DNA of 61,150 nucleotides, filler included, from Basidiobolus ranarum (GCA_040143965.1; 6 parts of 6 records of this genome joined end to end with filler, not necessarily neighbours in it), one strand, 5' to 3'. Positions 36,541 to 49,467 are shown, numbered from the whole stretch's first letter. Notes: generated from the sequence alone by a model not told the origin. Made by a program: numbers and translations.

Positions 36541-37938
36541 ATGGTCACTGTTAAGAATATTTGCTGCATTGGTGCTGGTTACGTAGGTGGACCTACTTGT
36601 GCTGTTATTGCTTTTAAATGCCCTGATATTCAGGTGACTATTGTTGACGTAAATCCTGCTCGTATTGATGCTTGGAACTCAGATAAGCTTCCTATTTACG
36701 AGCCTGGTCTTGAAGAAGTTGTCATGGCTGCTCGTGGTAGAAACCTTTTCTTCTCTACAGATGTTGATAAAGCCATCCAAGAAGCTGACCTTATATTCGT
36801 ATCTGTAAATACCCCCACTAAGAAAGGAGGTATGGGTGCTGGCTTCGCCGCAGATTTAGCTTATATTGAAACTGCCACTAGACGTATTGCTGAAGTCGCC
36901 ACTAGTTCCAAGATTGTGGTTGAGAAATCCACCGTTCCTTGCCGCACTGCTGAGAGTATGCGCACTATTTTGGAGGCTAACTCCTGTGATGGAATCCGAT
37001 TTGACATTCTCTCTAACCCAGAATTCCTTGCTGAGGGCACAGCCATTGATGATCTATTCAGTCCCGATAGAGTCTTAATTGGCTCCCTACAGACCCCCGA
37101 GGGCCGGGAGGCACAACAAGCCTTGGTTGATGTTTACACCCATTGGGTTCCTACTGACAAAGTCATCACTACAAATCTTTGGTCTTCCGAGCTTACCAAA
37201 TTGGCAGCTAATGCCCTTTTAGCTCAACGTATTTCTAGTATCAATGCTCTTAGTGCTGTCTGTGAAGCCACTGGTGCTGATGTTGATGAGGTAGCAAGAG
37301 CTTGTGGTAAAGACTCCCGTATCGGACCCAAGTTTTTGAAGGCTAGTGTTGGATTTGGTGGTAGTTGTTTCCAGAAAGATATCCTCAATTTGGTTTACTT
37401 ATGCCAACAATTCCACTTGGAAGAAGTTGCTGAATACTGGCATCAGGTAGTCTTAATGAATGAGTACCAAAAGAGACGATTTGCTAGTCGCGTAATCAAA
37501 TCTCTCTTCAATACCATCACTAACAAAAAGATTGCCGTCCTTGGTTTTGCCTTCAAAAAGGATACTGGAGATACTCGTGAATCAGCTGCCATCACCTTGA
37601 TCAAAGATTTCATCCAAGAAAATGCTAACATCACCATCTATGACCCTAAGGTTGAACCATCTCAGATTTGGTTGGATTTAACTGAGCCAGGCGTTCATTC
37701 TAACGAAGTCCAAGTAAAGAAGCAAGTTACTATCTGCACCAGTGCTTACGAAGCTACCCAGGACTGTGATGCGGTAGTGGTTTGTACTGAATGGGACGAG
37801 TTCAAGGCACTCGACTGGCAAAAAGTATATAATCAAATGCATAAACCTGCCTTCGTCTTTGATGGACGTCTGATGTTAGATGCAGTTAAATTGCGTGAAA
37901 TTGGCTTCAAGGTCGAAGTTATTGGTAAATCTTCTTAA
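36541..37938 (+). CDS. UGD1: UDP-glucose 6-dehydrogenase, 465 aa, intronless
   Basis: [32 protein letters not shown], catalytic [10 protein letters not shown] and [13 protein letters not shown]. Confidence 0.97.
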   Translation: MVTVKNICCIGAGYVGGPTCAVIAFKCPDIQVTIVDVNPARIDAWNSDKLPIYEPGLEEVVMAARGRNLFFSTDVDKAIQEADLIFVSVNTPTKKGGMGAGFAADLAYIETATRRIAEVATSSKIVVEKSTVPCRTAESMRTILEANSCDGIRFDILSNPEFLAEGTAIDDLFSPDRVLIGSLQTPEGREAQQALVDVYTHWVPTDKVITTNLWSSELTKLAANALLAQRISSINALSAVCEATGADVDEVARACGKDSRIGPKFLKASVGFGGSCFQKDILNLVYLCQQFHLEEVAEYWHQVVLMNEYQKRRFASRVIKSLFNTITNKKIAVLGFAFKKDTGDTRESAAITLIKDFIQENANITIYDPKVEPSQIWLDLTEPGVHSNEVQVKKQVTICTSAYEATQDCDAVVVCTEWDEFKALDWQKVYNQMHKPAFVFDGRLMLDAVKLREIGFKVEVIGKSS

Positions 37939-38194
37939 ACTTGGATACATGTTACAATCTCAACCTCCTCCTCTCCCTCACTGTCTTTATCTTCCAATTA
38001 TTTCCTACATATGACATCTCTTCTTAATTCCTCTTAAATGAAAAATAAATACGAATATAATTGTTTCATACCATTAGTTTGCATCCATCTGTTGTGATTC
38101 GTTGTAATATCTCTACAGTTGAATCACAAAAACCTCTAAGTTCAGCAATGTATAATGAATTAAACTCATATTTTAAACGAATGTAAAACGTCAA

Positions 38195-38210
38195 TTAGGG
38201 TTAGGGTTAG
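38195..38210. repeat. Short interstitial telomere-type repeat TTAGGGTTAGGGTTAG upstream of eIF3g
   Basis: About 2.7 TTAGGG units. A reverse-complement tract (TAACCCTAACCCTAA) lies at 36043-36057, upstream of UGD1. Confidence 0.6.
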
Positions 38211-38521
38211 TTTTAATCATTTTGAGTAAATATATTGTTACCTTATGTATGAGCGGCTGGAGTGATTGAATCAGTTTGAATATAGCATATACAAAAGGGT
38301 AACTAAATAGATTGGAAGAAAAAAAAAATGCTGAAAAAAAAGGAGCAAAAGCAAGTGATCATACTAGGATGAATTTTTCGGAACATACTGCAACTTCTAG
38401 GGGTATCTACTTGAGGTTTTCCACTCTATTGCTTTTTTTTCAAGAAAAAAACTCTAGTATCTCCTCTTTCACAGAGTTATTATTGTATCATTTTTAATCT
38501 GATTCAGAAATATCATTAATA

Positions 38522-39694
38522 ATGGCCGTTACTACTGAACCCAAAGCCAGCTGGGCTGATGAAGTCGGTGAAGAACTAGATAACGAATTTAACGATAACG
38601 GAATTAAAACTGTCGTCGACATTCAAGTTCGTGAAGATGGCAAGAAAGTTAAAGTAAGAAAGAATTCTAGTGATGGTTTATTATGCATCATCCCAATTCC
38701 CTCAACTTCAAATCTAAACTTTGGACATAACTTTTCCAGGTAACTCGTAAAATTCAGAAGAAACTTATCACTGAAAGAGTCAACCACGTTGTTGCCGAGA
38801 GAAAGGTGAGTTATTGTCGAATAAACATATATCTTGCTTATGTTATTCTAACCTCCTTCCCTAATAGAAATGGGCCAAATTTGGTCAAGAGAAGGGAAAC
38901 AAGCCTGGTCCAGATATGAGTACTACCACTGTTGGAGAACAGATCTTCTTGAGATTGTCAACCAATGCTCAGGTATTATTTTACTTTGATTTATTTTTTA
39001 ATAGTTGAGTTTAACTGAACTGGATTTCAACCATCTTAGAATGTCGAAACTGAGGATCCTGATAGCAAGCTTAAGGAGCAACTCAAGGGCAAGAAGATTC
39101 TTTGCAGAATCTGTAAGGGTGATCACTTCACCCTCAAGTGTCCTTACAAAGATACTCTCAAACCTCTCGATGAGCTCACCAGTGCTCTTAATGAGAGCAA
39201 GCCTGCTGCTACTGAGGCAGCTGCCGCTGAAGCTAGTACATCTGGCAGATATGTTCCTCCCGCCCTTCGTGGTAAAATGGCTGGTGCTGCTGGACCTAGC
39301 AGCAGTGATGATAGAAGAGGTATGTACATTACATAATTCATTGATCTGCAATCCAGACTTACTAAATTGAATTCTTTAGATGACACACCCACATTACGTG
39401 TTACCAACTTGTCTGAAGATACACATGAAAGCGATATTTATGACCTCTTCCGTCCCTTCGGTCACATTGCTCGTGTTTACCTTGCCAGAGATCGTGAAAC
39501 CAATGTTTGCAAAGGATTTGCTTTCGTCAGTTTCGGTGATCGTGAAGATGCTTCTCGCGCCATTGAAGGTGTTGATGGTCACGGATTCGATAACCTTATT
39601 CTTCACGTAGAATGGGCCAAGTAAGTTCTATCTAAATTTAATCATACACATACACTCAAACTAATACCGCTCATCATCTAGGTCCTCCAAATAA
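38522..39694 (+). CDS. TIF35: Translation initiation factor eIF3 subunit g, 6 exons
   Basis: SWADE, VAERK|KWAKFG, zinc knuckle CRICKGDHFTLKCPYK, RRM TLRVTNLSE...KGFAFVSF...GFDNLILHVEWAK|SSK*. Confidence 0.95.
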
Positions 39695-40130
39695 ACTCTT
39701 AATAAATCTCTACTAAATATTTGCAATTCTTTCACCCCCATTCGGTACGAAAACTGTCAAAAAGCAATAAAATAACTTGTAGCAATAACATCCATTCATA
39801 TCTTGAACCTGCTACTTAATATAACCCTTTTTTTAAATTTTTCTATTCATGTACTTGCAACGTAAGTTCAAACACTTACGCATTTTTGACGTATGTGGAT
39901 GGGCCTTATTCAGCACGTAAGTGAATTTATCCATGTCACTTTGTATGTGTTCTAAGATTGCTATCATTAACATTGAACTTTGTAAAATAGAAATAAGAGA
40001 ATCGTTTGTTTTTAATTATATATTTTATTTACAATAACACAATATTCACATGTAATCATTACGTCTTTCCTACAAACTTTAGAAAATATTAGTAAATAGA
40101 AACATGAACAGTAAAGGTAAAAAGAGGGTA

Positions 40131-40212
40131 GAATTTCAGAATTATTAAAGTTCATCTCATTATATTTCGAAATGAGCTGGGTTAAATAGCAATAATAGGA
40201 TCATCATTTTAA
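40131..40212 (-). ncRNA. Box C/D snoRNA copy 1, snR71/SNORD29(U29)-like; predicted guide for LSU rRNA A in UGAGCUGGG (yeast Am2946)
   Basis: Box C ATGATGA (40207-40201), guide AACCCAGCTCA, D'-like TCGA, C'-like GAGATGA, box D CTGA (40139-40136). The guide complements conserved LSU UGAGCUGGGUU, and the 5th-nucleotide rule points at the A. Confidence 0.8.
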
Positions 40213-40389
40213 ATGAATAAAAAGGAAGTTCATGAAGTTAAACTTACCAAGGATAGACAATGACCACCAAGAGGAGACTTCAGTATATTTTAACTACTCC
40301 TTCGACTGTTCAGACTTGCCATATTGCCTGTAGAAGTTATATATGATTAGTAAAGAGCAACACGAAATTGAAAGTATATATGGATTGGG

Positions 40390-40471
40390 GGTTTTCAGTA
40401 TTATAAATGTTCATCTCATTATATTTCGAAATGAGCTGGGTTAAATAGCAATAATAGGTTCATCATATTAA
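40390..40471 (-). ncRNA. Box C/D snoRNA copy 2, near-identical paralogue of copy 1
   Basis: Box C ATGATGA (40466-40460), identical guide/D'/C' core, box D CTGA (40398-40395). The flanking intron sequence is diverged. Confidence 0.8.
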
Positions 40472-40774
40472 ACGAATGTGAAGGTTAAATTGGATTGTAA
40501 CTTACCAAGTCGGAAAGCTGAAGGCCGAGAGAAGGTAGTGCATCTAGAAGTAAGAGTACGCCTATTTGTACTTGCAAGATAATACATTATACATGGGTAT
40601 TTTTTTTATCATGGATGCTGAAGTAACAAGGGGTGTCCATTTTACCAGGGATATTTAAATGGAATTCGATTTTTTTTCTATATCAATTGAGATAATTTTT
40701 TCTTGGTTAAATGGTGAGAAATAATAGTTGAACATCTGGTAGAAAACAGCTGTTGTATAAAAAGAGTGTACAAT

Positions 40775-40874
40775 NNNNNNNNNNNNNNNNNNNNNNNNNN
40801 NNNNNNNNNNNNNNNNNNTTAATTAATTAANNNNNNNNNNNNNNNNNNNNNNNNNNNNNNNNNNNNNNNNNNNN
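40775..40874. other. Artificial contig-joining linker
   Basis: N run + TTAATTAATTAA + N run. Confidence 0.98.
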
Positions 40875-41874
40875 TGGCTACCGTCTATTTCGAGAACCCT
40901 ACGGAGTTCCTGGGTCAATGGCTGCCCCCTTCGTAGTTTGGCTGAAAAGCCTGAAGAGAGTCTGCACTCACGGAGGCAGGGTCCTGATTATGGCTTTCAA
41001 CATTATCCAATACTCAAGGTTTCTGATGCGAGTCTCCCTTAAGCCCCTCATGTTCGTCACAAGTGGGTGTGGTGTAACACCTCCTGTGCATTTAATGTAG
41101 CTAAATGCTAACAAGTTAAGGAATTCAAACTCTTTCACATTCCTCCATCCTGTTGATGCTACCCACATGCAAGCCTCATTGGGTTTGTTGAAGCTAACTA
41201 GGACATATGTGACTTTGGCAATGCCCCAAGTGTTGGGACCTACTGTAACATAGCAATCTAATTACGGTAACACAGCCCAAATGACCAAGTGTAATGTTGA
41301 CTCTTCACGCAATCGAATGATGGAATCTGGGTTTGTTTCTCTGTACTGAGCATCAGCTAGGTTCCTGTGGTATTTTCAACACCAGTTGACATCTTTTGCA
41401 CTCCAGCTACATATTTGGTAAAATTGGTAACACACATTTTGTTAAAGGATTTTTATTTTGTCTCATAACTTGCAACTGTAGTGGCTAGTGTGTGAGAATG
41501 ATCAATCAGAGTCTTTTCTTCAACAAGCATGACCATGTATATAGATCAATTATCGCAGAACATGACTGCTAACTTTGATCAGATCCGAAATGTCGCAATT
41601 CTATTTGCCAATCTTCTTTCTACAATGGTGACTACGTCCAGCAATCCTGAAAGTATAACGTTGAATGTATCAGGAACAAATCCAACTTATTTAATAGGTC
41701 ACTTAAGCATTGATTACAGCTTTTTGCCCATAATAAATATTAGCAAGTGCTCGCAGGAATACCCAACTTCTTAAATTCCACTTGGTGTTCCTTCCTTCCT
41801 TTCATCAGAGGTTGGGTCACTGTTGAAGAACTGTCTAATTTGGCTATTTCTCTTCTTCTATATATATATATCTT

Positions 41875-43411
41875 ATGTCAATTGACGAAATAGTACCAGT
41901 CGGTGAAGGCAGTACTAACAATGAGGTATCTCCTTTGATTTCCAAAGCAGATTCTAGTGCTTCAGACCCATTGACGAAATATGCTTTATTCGTCGCTGCC
42001 TCTCTCGCTTTGGGTTCATTCCAGTTTGGTTACCATATCGGAGAATTGAATAACCCACAAGCCGTTATCTCTTGCGATTATATCCCTAAGGACACAGACC
42101 AATCTTCAAGTCTGCCCTCTTGTATCAAAATGTCTGAAACGACGTTTTCTTTTGTGACTTCAATCTACATTCTTGGTGGTTTACTCGGTAACCTTGTCGC
42201 CGCAAAGCTAGCTAGCACTTTCGGCAGAAAAAACACTTTGCTTTATAATACCATCTTCCATGTTGTCGGAACCTTGCTTCTAGGTTTAGCTTATAACACC
42301 ACTTCACTTTTCGCTGGACGCTTCATAGTTGGTATTGGTGGTGGGATTTCCATAGTCGTAGTGCCTATGTACTTGACTGAAATTGCACCCGTTGCGTACC
42401 GTGGATTGTTCGGTAAGCAATCATTCTATTCACTGTTAAAGAGCCTTCGATGCATCATATTCTAATATCGTAATATGTTATTTTATGATCACAGGGGTGT
42501 TCCATCAAATTGGTGTAGTTGGTGGTATTCTTGTTGCCCAAACACTTGGTTTATTCTACTCGACCGTTCCTGGGTGGCGCTTTATCCTCTCTTTCTGTTT
42601 GCTTGTATCGGCTGTCCAACTTATAACTTTCCCTTTTATTGTGCCTTCACCACGCTACTTGTTCTCTCTTCCAAACGGTACTGAGGCAGCTAGAGCCGTT
42701 TTATGTAAACTACGTGGTACTGATGATGTTGATCAAATTCTTTTACAATGGGAAAAGGACGATTCCGATTCTGATAAAGAGAATGTCTCTTTCTCTCAAC
42801 TTCTGACTCGCCCTATTTATCGTCGCCCTTTACAGATTCTATTCCTACTTCATTTCACGCAGCAGTTCTCAGGAATTAATGCTATCATGCAATTTTCAAC
42901 CACCATTCTCAAGGATACATTCACCGCGGACGCTGCTAAAACCATTACTGTATTAATTAACGTTGGGAATCTGGCATTCACTCTTCTTTCTGGCTATTTA
43001 ATCGAGAAAGCAGGTCGTCGTCAACTCTTCCTTATATCCACTTTGTTGACAGGACTGTCGTGTGCCACTCTCTCGTTCGCCATGTATTTCAAATACAATT
43101 ACCTGGCAATTGTAGCAATCAACATGATAGTGGTTGGTTTCGCCATTGGTCTAGGGCCTATACCATTTGTGATGCCCACCGAGATATTTAACACTCGGTC
43201 TGTCGCCACAGCTGCCTCAGTTGGATTGATTGCGAACAACATTGGAAATTTCGTTGTCACTTCCGTATATCTCACGTTGAAAAAATGGTTCGGACCAGGT
43301 GCTTTCCTAGTGTTCACTGTGTATTTAGCAATTGCGTTGATAATTTCTTACAAAGTTATTCCCGAAACCAAAGGAAAGTCATTTGAGGCCATTATCCAGG
43401 AGTGGCGCTAA
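41875..43411 (+). CDS. MFS sugar porter (GLUT/SLC2-like), 484 aa; exons 41875-42412 and 42495-43411
   Basis: LGSFQFGYHIGELN, FGRKN, VPMYLTEIAPVAYRGLFG, QQFSGINA, EKAGRR, GLGPIPF and PETKGKS motifs. Confidence 0.93.
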
Positions 43412-43942
43412 TGGGTCCTATCATATTAATGAATTAAACCGCTGGAAAGTTGTTGGCAATATCATGAAATAAACGGATGTTTCCTTGAGTTTTGAGAATG
43501 AGCTTCATAGAAACAGTACACTAGCAGAGAGCAACTAGATAGTTGGATCAGGAACAAGTCAGGATTGCATGGTTTCCGTTCATTAATTTGTATTCTAAAT
43601 TGTTATCTATTGAAATCCATACACCAGTTGTGCTCTGAATATTCACCAAACCATCTAGATAGAAAACGCACAAGCTCAATGATTGCTGAGAAATTTATCC
43701 GATGGCATTTGGAAATGTAGATTACTTACGGGCTTTTGATAACAGAACTAAGCAACTCACTACACATTGATCTTGTATGGTTTATCCCTCACTTCACTTC
43801 TCTTCCTTCACCTACAACAGAAAGGATCGCATTGTGTCCAATAGCGATTAGCTCTATTTCTTTGGTCCATCATTGTAGTTGCTTTGATAAGAAATTACTT
43901 TAATAGTGCTTTTAGTATCGAGTTTAATACGTTTGGTCCTTT

Positions 43943-44622
43943 GTGTATGTATTGTTACTTTTGAAACGTCGACAAAGAACAGAGAAGGAACGCTATTATT
44001 GGGACGTCGTAAATGAAAAGAGAAAGTTATTCTCAAGTTTATCAGAAGATGCCAGGGCTACATTGTCAGTAGTGGTACTTGCTTACAATGAGATCACTCG
44101 CCTACCTATCATGCTGACTGAGAGTGTTGACTTTTTAAACAAATGTGTTCAAGAAGATTCAGACTTTTCTTTGGAAAATTGGGTCGTTGACGATGGCAGT
44201 AAAGACGAAACCACTCAAGTAACTTTAGAATTTTCGAAAACGAACAAAATCGAAAAATAGAGGAAAGGAAGGGGCCACAACTTAAGTATGTTGAATAGAA
44301 TATCTGGCGTAATCTTCCAAAACTTGTGAACTAAAATATCATTTACTCTTTGAAAGGAATTCTATGCAGACAATGTGGCTTTACACTGTTTACGCATACT
44401 GCAGCTCAGCTTATCTTTCCAAATACTCATGTTGAAGGCTGGATATTTGGTATTGAGGTGCTGTTGATTGTAGAGCTTCTTAACATTTCCATTGTCGAGA
44501 TTCCGGCGAGTTGGCACGAGATCGATGGTTCAAGGATTCCGCTGATTCGAGACTTGTTAGTGGTTCGGCTGGATTATGTTTTTGGGCTGTGGAGAGTGGA
44601 AGTGAAGTCGAAACGTAGCTAG
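43943..44622 (+). pseudogene. ALG5: Dolichyl-phosphate beta-glucosyltransferase pseudogene
   Basis: LSVVVLAYNE..RL and VVDDGSKD.T, then a frameshifted KNRGKEGATT*, a retained intron at 44286-44356, and QCGF.LFT...HVEGWIF...WHEIDGS. The middle segment carrying the DADG (DxD) motif is missing. Confidence 0.8.
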
Positions 44623-45601
44623 TGGATACGATAGAGGTGTTTGATACTCGGAAAGAAATATTTCAAACTGTTTTGTCAGCTGTTACCCATTCTTATTACC
44701 TTGATAATATTTGTGGTGTTTTTTTAATTTTTTCCATGCAACTAACATTATCCATTCAAACCCATCAGAAACCTCTCAACCCTTTGATAAAGCAAACCTA
44801 CCCAGAGCGAGCCATTAACGCATGACATCTTTACTAGAAGCTCGCTTTCAAGGCGAAATATCTTCAAACTCCCATAGCCTATAACAATGTACGTTGTTAC
44901 ATTAGCATTAGGGAATATAATTGTAAGATATCCAAAGCTAATCGTATCATATTTTGATTAATAATCACTCTATTATGGCATAAGTTAGATTAAATATTAT
45001 GGCGGTGTTCCACGGAATATATATCCCATCGTTGATATCGCTGGGTTGTAGAGAGATTGGATGTATTTTGTAAGGGAATTAACCTCAATCAAGAATCAAT
45101 AAATCAATCATCGGAAAAAACCAGAACTCACATAACGTTTCATTTTTTTGCCGAAAACTGACTGGGTTTTTTTTTGAGAAGTCTCCTATGACGATAACGA
45201 AATAACAACGTGTTATTAAAAACATCGGACTCCTTATAACTCTCTATCACCAAGGAACATATATATACTTTTCTCTCAAGACATCACCAAGGAAGCTCGT
45301 GCTCTATTTAGTTCAAGAAATACTTTTTGTCATTCCCTTGTTTGTTACTTCTCTTCAGGTCTTCCAAATATTCTCAAAGAAAAAGAATATAGCAGCAGTC
45401 GTATATTCAAAAATCTAGCTCACCCTTTAGGTAAATGTTATTAAAGTGAAAAATACTTTCATACGAAAAACAGGGCATATATGCCATGTTGTCAGAATTT
45501 CCATTACTGAACTTGCAAAGCGTCTTCCTAACTACGTACTAATTCGGAGTGTCCTTTTTCCCGTTATTTTCAGATATATATATCAATAATCCAGTCAAAT
45601 A

Positions 45602-46538
45602 ATGAGCACTGAACACGTAGAAACCAGCCTCGCATCTCAAGAAACTCAGGTTCCTGAGGAAAATCATAGTACTCCTGAAATATTAGAAGGAGAGAAGGAA
45701 ATGGTAACTGTATTTTCAGACCCAGTTAATTTCAACGTGAAGCATCCACTTCATAGTCAATGGACTATGTGGTATGATAACCCAGGGAAAAAAGCCAACC
45801 AGGCTAGTTGGTCTCAAAACCTCAAAGAGGTCATTACATTTGATACAGTTGAAGATTTCTGGGGGTAAGACTTGTTTGTTATTTGCTTCTCCGCTTAATA
45901 TCTACTGCTATGTTATGTTTTCCTTTCACCTTCAAAATTAACATAGTCTATTTTCTTGTTCAGAATCTACAACAACGTTGTTCGCCCTAGTGACTTGTCG
46001 CCAGGATCCAACTATCACTTGTTCAAGGCTGGTATCAAGCCTATGTGGGAAGACTCATCTAATGCCAATGGCGGTAAATGGGTAGTCCAGCTTCCCAAGA
46101 AGACTGGCGAACATATCAATACACTTTGGTTGTATATTGTAAGCATGTTCTCAATATATCAAAATAATCAAAGGTAGAGAGAGTTGTATATGTATACTCA
46201 ACTTTTCTGTATATGCTCGATAGATGCTCGAATGTATTGGTGAAGGATTCCAATATGAAAATGAGGTTTGTGGCGGAGTAGTGTCTATCCGTAAAGGCTT
46301 CTATCGCATATCGTTATGGACTCGTATCTCCGACGACAAGGAGATCTGTGAATCAATTGGGTAAGCCTGAATCGTCTTTAATTGAGTGCATTAGCATCGC
46401 TGACAAAATCCTTTCTCTGTATGTAGACGTCACCTGAAAAATACTCTCTCTCTCAACCCTAACCAAATGATTGAGTTTCAATCTCATGCAGACGCTGCTA
46501 AAAGCGGCTCTTGTAACAAAGATCTTTACACTGTATAA
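45602..46538 (+). CDS. eIF4E: Cap-binding translation initiation factor eIF4E, 228 aa; exons 45602-45864, 45964-46138, 46224-46360, 46427-46538; 5'-UTR intron 45431-45573
   Basis: KHPLHSQWTMWYD, TFDTVEDFWG, YHLFKAGIKPMWED..NANGGKW, CIGE and RISLWT. Confidence 0.95.
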
Positions 46539-48033
46539 TTGTTTGGTTGATAATATAATTTATTTCCTATCCAAATAGCTTTCGATTTCTCAAAATATTT
46601 CTCGCCCTTCACTCACCTCAATTTCGAACGAATCTTATACTTTTTACCGTTCTCTTAGTATTTTTGAAATCTTTCTTTACTCAATTCAAAGTAAGAGCCA
46701 ATAAAAGTTATGTTCTACCTAGCTATAGTCATGTGGTGCTTACTTCCGAGAAACCTTCAAGTGCAGACAGTTCTTCCACAGTTGGTGAGAAATCTAGCAC
46801 TAGTGATGAATACCACCGTATCTATCTGCTGAAGGAAATTCACTCTGAATTATTAGAGAGCTGGAATTCTTTGATTTATAATACATGAGGATATGCAAGT
46901 AAGAAAAGCGAGAATGTTTGAATGCAGCAGAATGAATATCATTTCTTCTTTGTCAGCTAGAAGAGTTGGACCTACCATCAGCAACCAACTCTATACTCCT
47001 AGTTAATTCAAACAACGGTTGAAAGTTTATAATTCCTCGCAAGCACATTCTCCAGCCACGGCTTAACTTCTCTGTATTAAGTTGGTGTATTCGACTTCAA
47101 CGAATTTATCTCCCTTTACTCTCAATAATAGAATTAGGTTCATCTTTCTATGGCGATATTCATAAGCGCACTTTATGTCAGGTCAAATTCACGATATCTT
47201 CAAGGCTTCTACTCGGCTCGCTACTGTTTTGGCGAGTTAATTTCTAGGTGCCATAGCCTTTAGTAGTATTCCTGCGATAAATAATGGCTAATAGGACTAG
47301 AGAGAGTTATCTCTTCAAAGTATGTTAGCATCTTTTCATGTTAAAATTCATTTCCTACATTTTACGAGAGTAGAGGTAAGCCTGAAAATTGACGGCTACG
47401 ATTGTATCAACGTCAAAATATAGAGTTTCAACAGTAATTCTTGTCAAGCACTAAAAGCACAAGCATGACATTATTGTTTATATTAGAGACTTTAAACGCT
47501 TTATTGAATATACACGCTCTTTGAGCGCTCTAGATCAAATACTGACAGGTTGTATAAGCGATAAAACAAACTAGACGCAAAATTGAACAGAATCGTTAGT
47601 ATAGTATAGGGTTGAACATGAAAAAATCAGTCGCAACAACTAAATTCCTTTCGGATCATTATTCCCATATTGTTGTGACCTTCACATTAATTTAAATGGA
47701 AATGGCAGATTGGCCTTTGTCCATCTCAAATCAGCCTAATTTTAGCCACATGCATTGATCCACATCATCCATGTGTTGATTTTCTGAAATAATCTTGGAT
47801 CATTCTTGAGCTTCTGATATGCCACGTATTTTAAGTATCGTTTAGCCTAGTAATAGCAACTGGTTGGAATTTCCATGACCCTAATCCTAATCATTCCCCT
47901 TTTCGATCAAGTCGAACTTCCCCAATTCAAAGGGAAGTGGTTTTTTTACTCAGGGTTCACTTTAATAGAACCATAGCTTGTCGAAATCTCTAGCTTCAGG
48001 TTTCCCTGTCTTTGTTTTGTTCTCTTATCCGCC

Positions 48034-48963
48034 ATGTCTCTTGTCTCTGTAAGTATTGATGGTTTAAGGTACATCATTTTATAGAAATATAGCTAAATAT
48101 CTTTCTACGCCGGATTTCCCGATTGTTTAATCTATACATCAGGATCCCGAAATTGAAAACGCTTACGAAGATGTCAGAAATGGTACATATTATTCTCCTT
48201 AGATGTTATATTATTTATTTTGTTTTGAAAATCCCAATTATTTACTCATCTTGGTTTTGTTAAATAGACAAATCCGACACTAATTGGTATACTTGAAGTA
48301 CTTGAGAGCGATATTTTGTTTTCAAACCTTATTGACTTCTAGTCTTGCATCAACTTAGGCTTCTTCTGACTTATGCTGAAGATAAGCGCGATGTGCTTGA
48401 AGTAAAGGCCACAGGTAAAGTATTGTTATATGTGTCGCTATATACTGTATATTCACACAAATTTATTAATCAACTATAGGTACCGGTGGTCTCTCAGAAT
48501 TTGTCGATAATCTTGAGCCTGACCAAGCTGCTTTTGGCTACCTCCGGTAAGTAGAAAATGAATCGAGAATATGCCAAGCCCCCTCTCATAGAGCTTCTCT
48601 GTTTCGTTTACTTTTTCCTGTTTAGTATGGTCATTTCAAACGATGAATTGTCCCAACGAGTCAAGTTTGTATTTGTTTCATGGTGTGGTCCCTCCGTCAA
48701 GGTTATGCGCAAAGCTAAACTAAGTGTAGGTTTTATTTGAATATAGGCCAGAGCTGGCAATAGTATATATATTTAGAACTTGGTTTAACTTTGGACATAA
48801 TTCATTCTTCTAGGTTCATGTCTCTGGCGTCAAGCAAATCATCAGAAGTTACGCCGTTGAGATTTCTGCTACTGATCTTCATGATCTTGAAGAAAAGGAG
48901 GTCTCTCTTCTTTTGAGAAAAGCTTCAGGGGCTAATTACGATAGACAGAAGAGTGATTATTAG
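48034..48963 (+). CDS. Coactosin-like single ADF-H actin-binding protein, 148 aa, 7 exons (15, 40, 19, 56, 67, 100, 150 nt)
   Basis: The spliced product reads MSLVSDPEIENAYEDVRNDKSDTNWLLLTY...TGTGGLSEF...AAFGYLR...RVKFVFVSWCGPSVKVMRKAKLSVH...KASGANYD. It is 447 nt and in frame. Confidence 0.9.
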
Positions 48964-49467
48964 AGCACACCTAGAAGATAGAGACACATTTGCTTCATGC
49001 ATATCGTTCATTGTGTATTCTTTTGATTTTCCTTAAGTTATTGAATAAGTTTGATTAACGAATGTCTTTTATCATAGAGGACTTCCACTTCTAATTTAAA
49101 TAAAATCTCCAGTAAAATTGATTGCACAGTACCAAATAAATGTTATCATATGCTAAAGCTCAATATCTTTACGCTGATAGATGACAATGTACACTGCTAG
49201 TAGAGATTTATGATAAGACGTTACTACTACCATCAAACAGTCACCACCACTCAGTAAATACGCGTCATAGTCTGTTACTGATATTGAGATGGCTCCCGGG
49301 AATGATGGATGCTATGTTTATGTACATAATATTAAAATAGACCAATTTATTGTACAATAATATATCAGTAAATAACTCATTAAAACAAATCCATCCATCT
49401 TGCATATATTTAACAAAGACATCTGAACTCAAGTTCTTGAGGATAATCTCGTGTATGAATTGGAGAT

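Larger units (their letters stand above)
40020..40560 (-). ncRNA. Spliced non-coding snoRNA host transcript; introns 40505-40328 and 40247-40070, middle exon 40327-40248; transcript ends approximate
   Basis: Two GTAAG donors, TACTAAT branch points and YAG acceptors. The middle exon holds only a 10-codon ORF. Each intron contains one snoRNA copy. Confidence 0.7.

Noticed and set aside
40875-41420. Cys/His-containing fragments at the contig start (zinc-finger-like)
   Set aside because: All frames contain stops and the motif spacing needs several assumed frameshifts.
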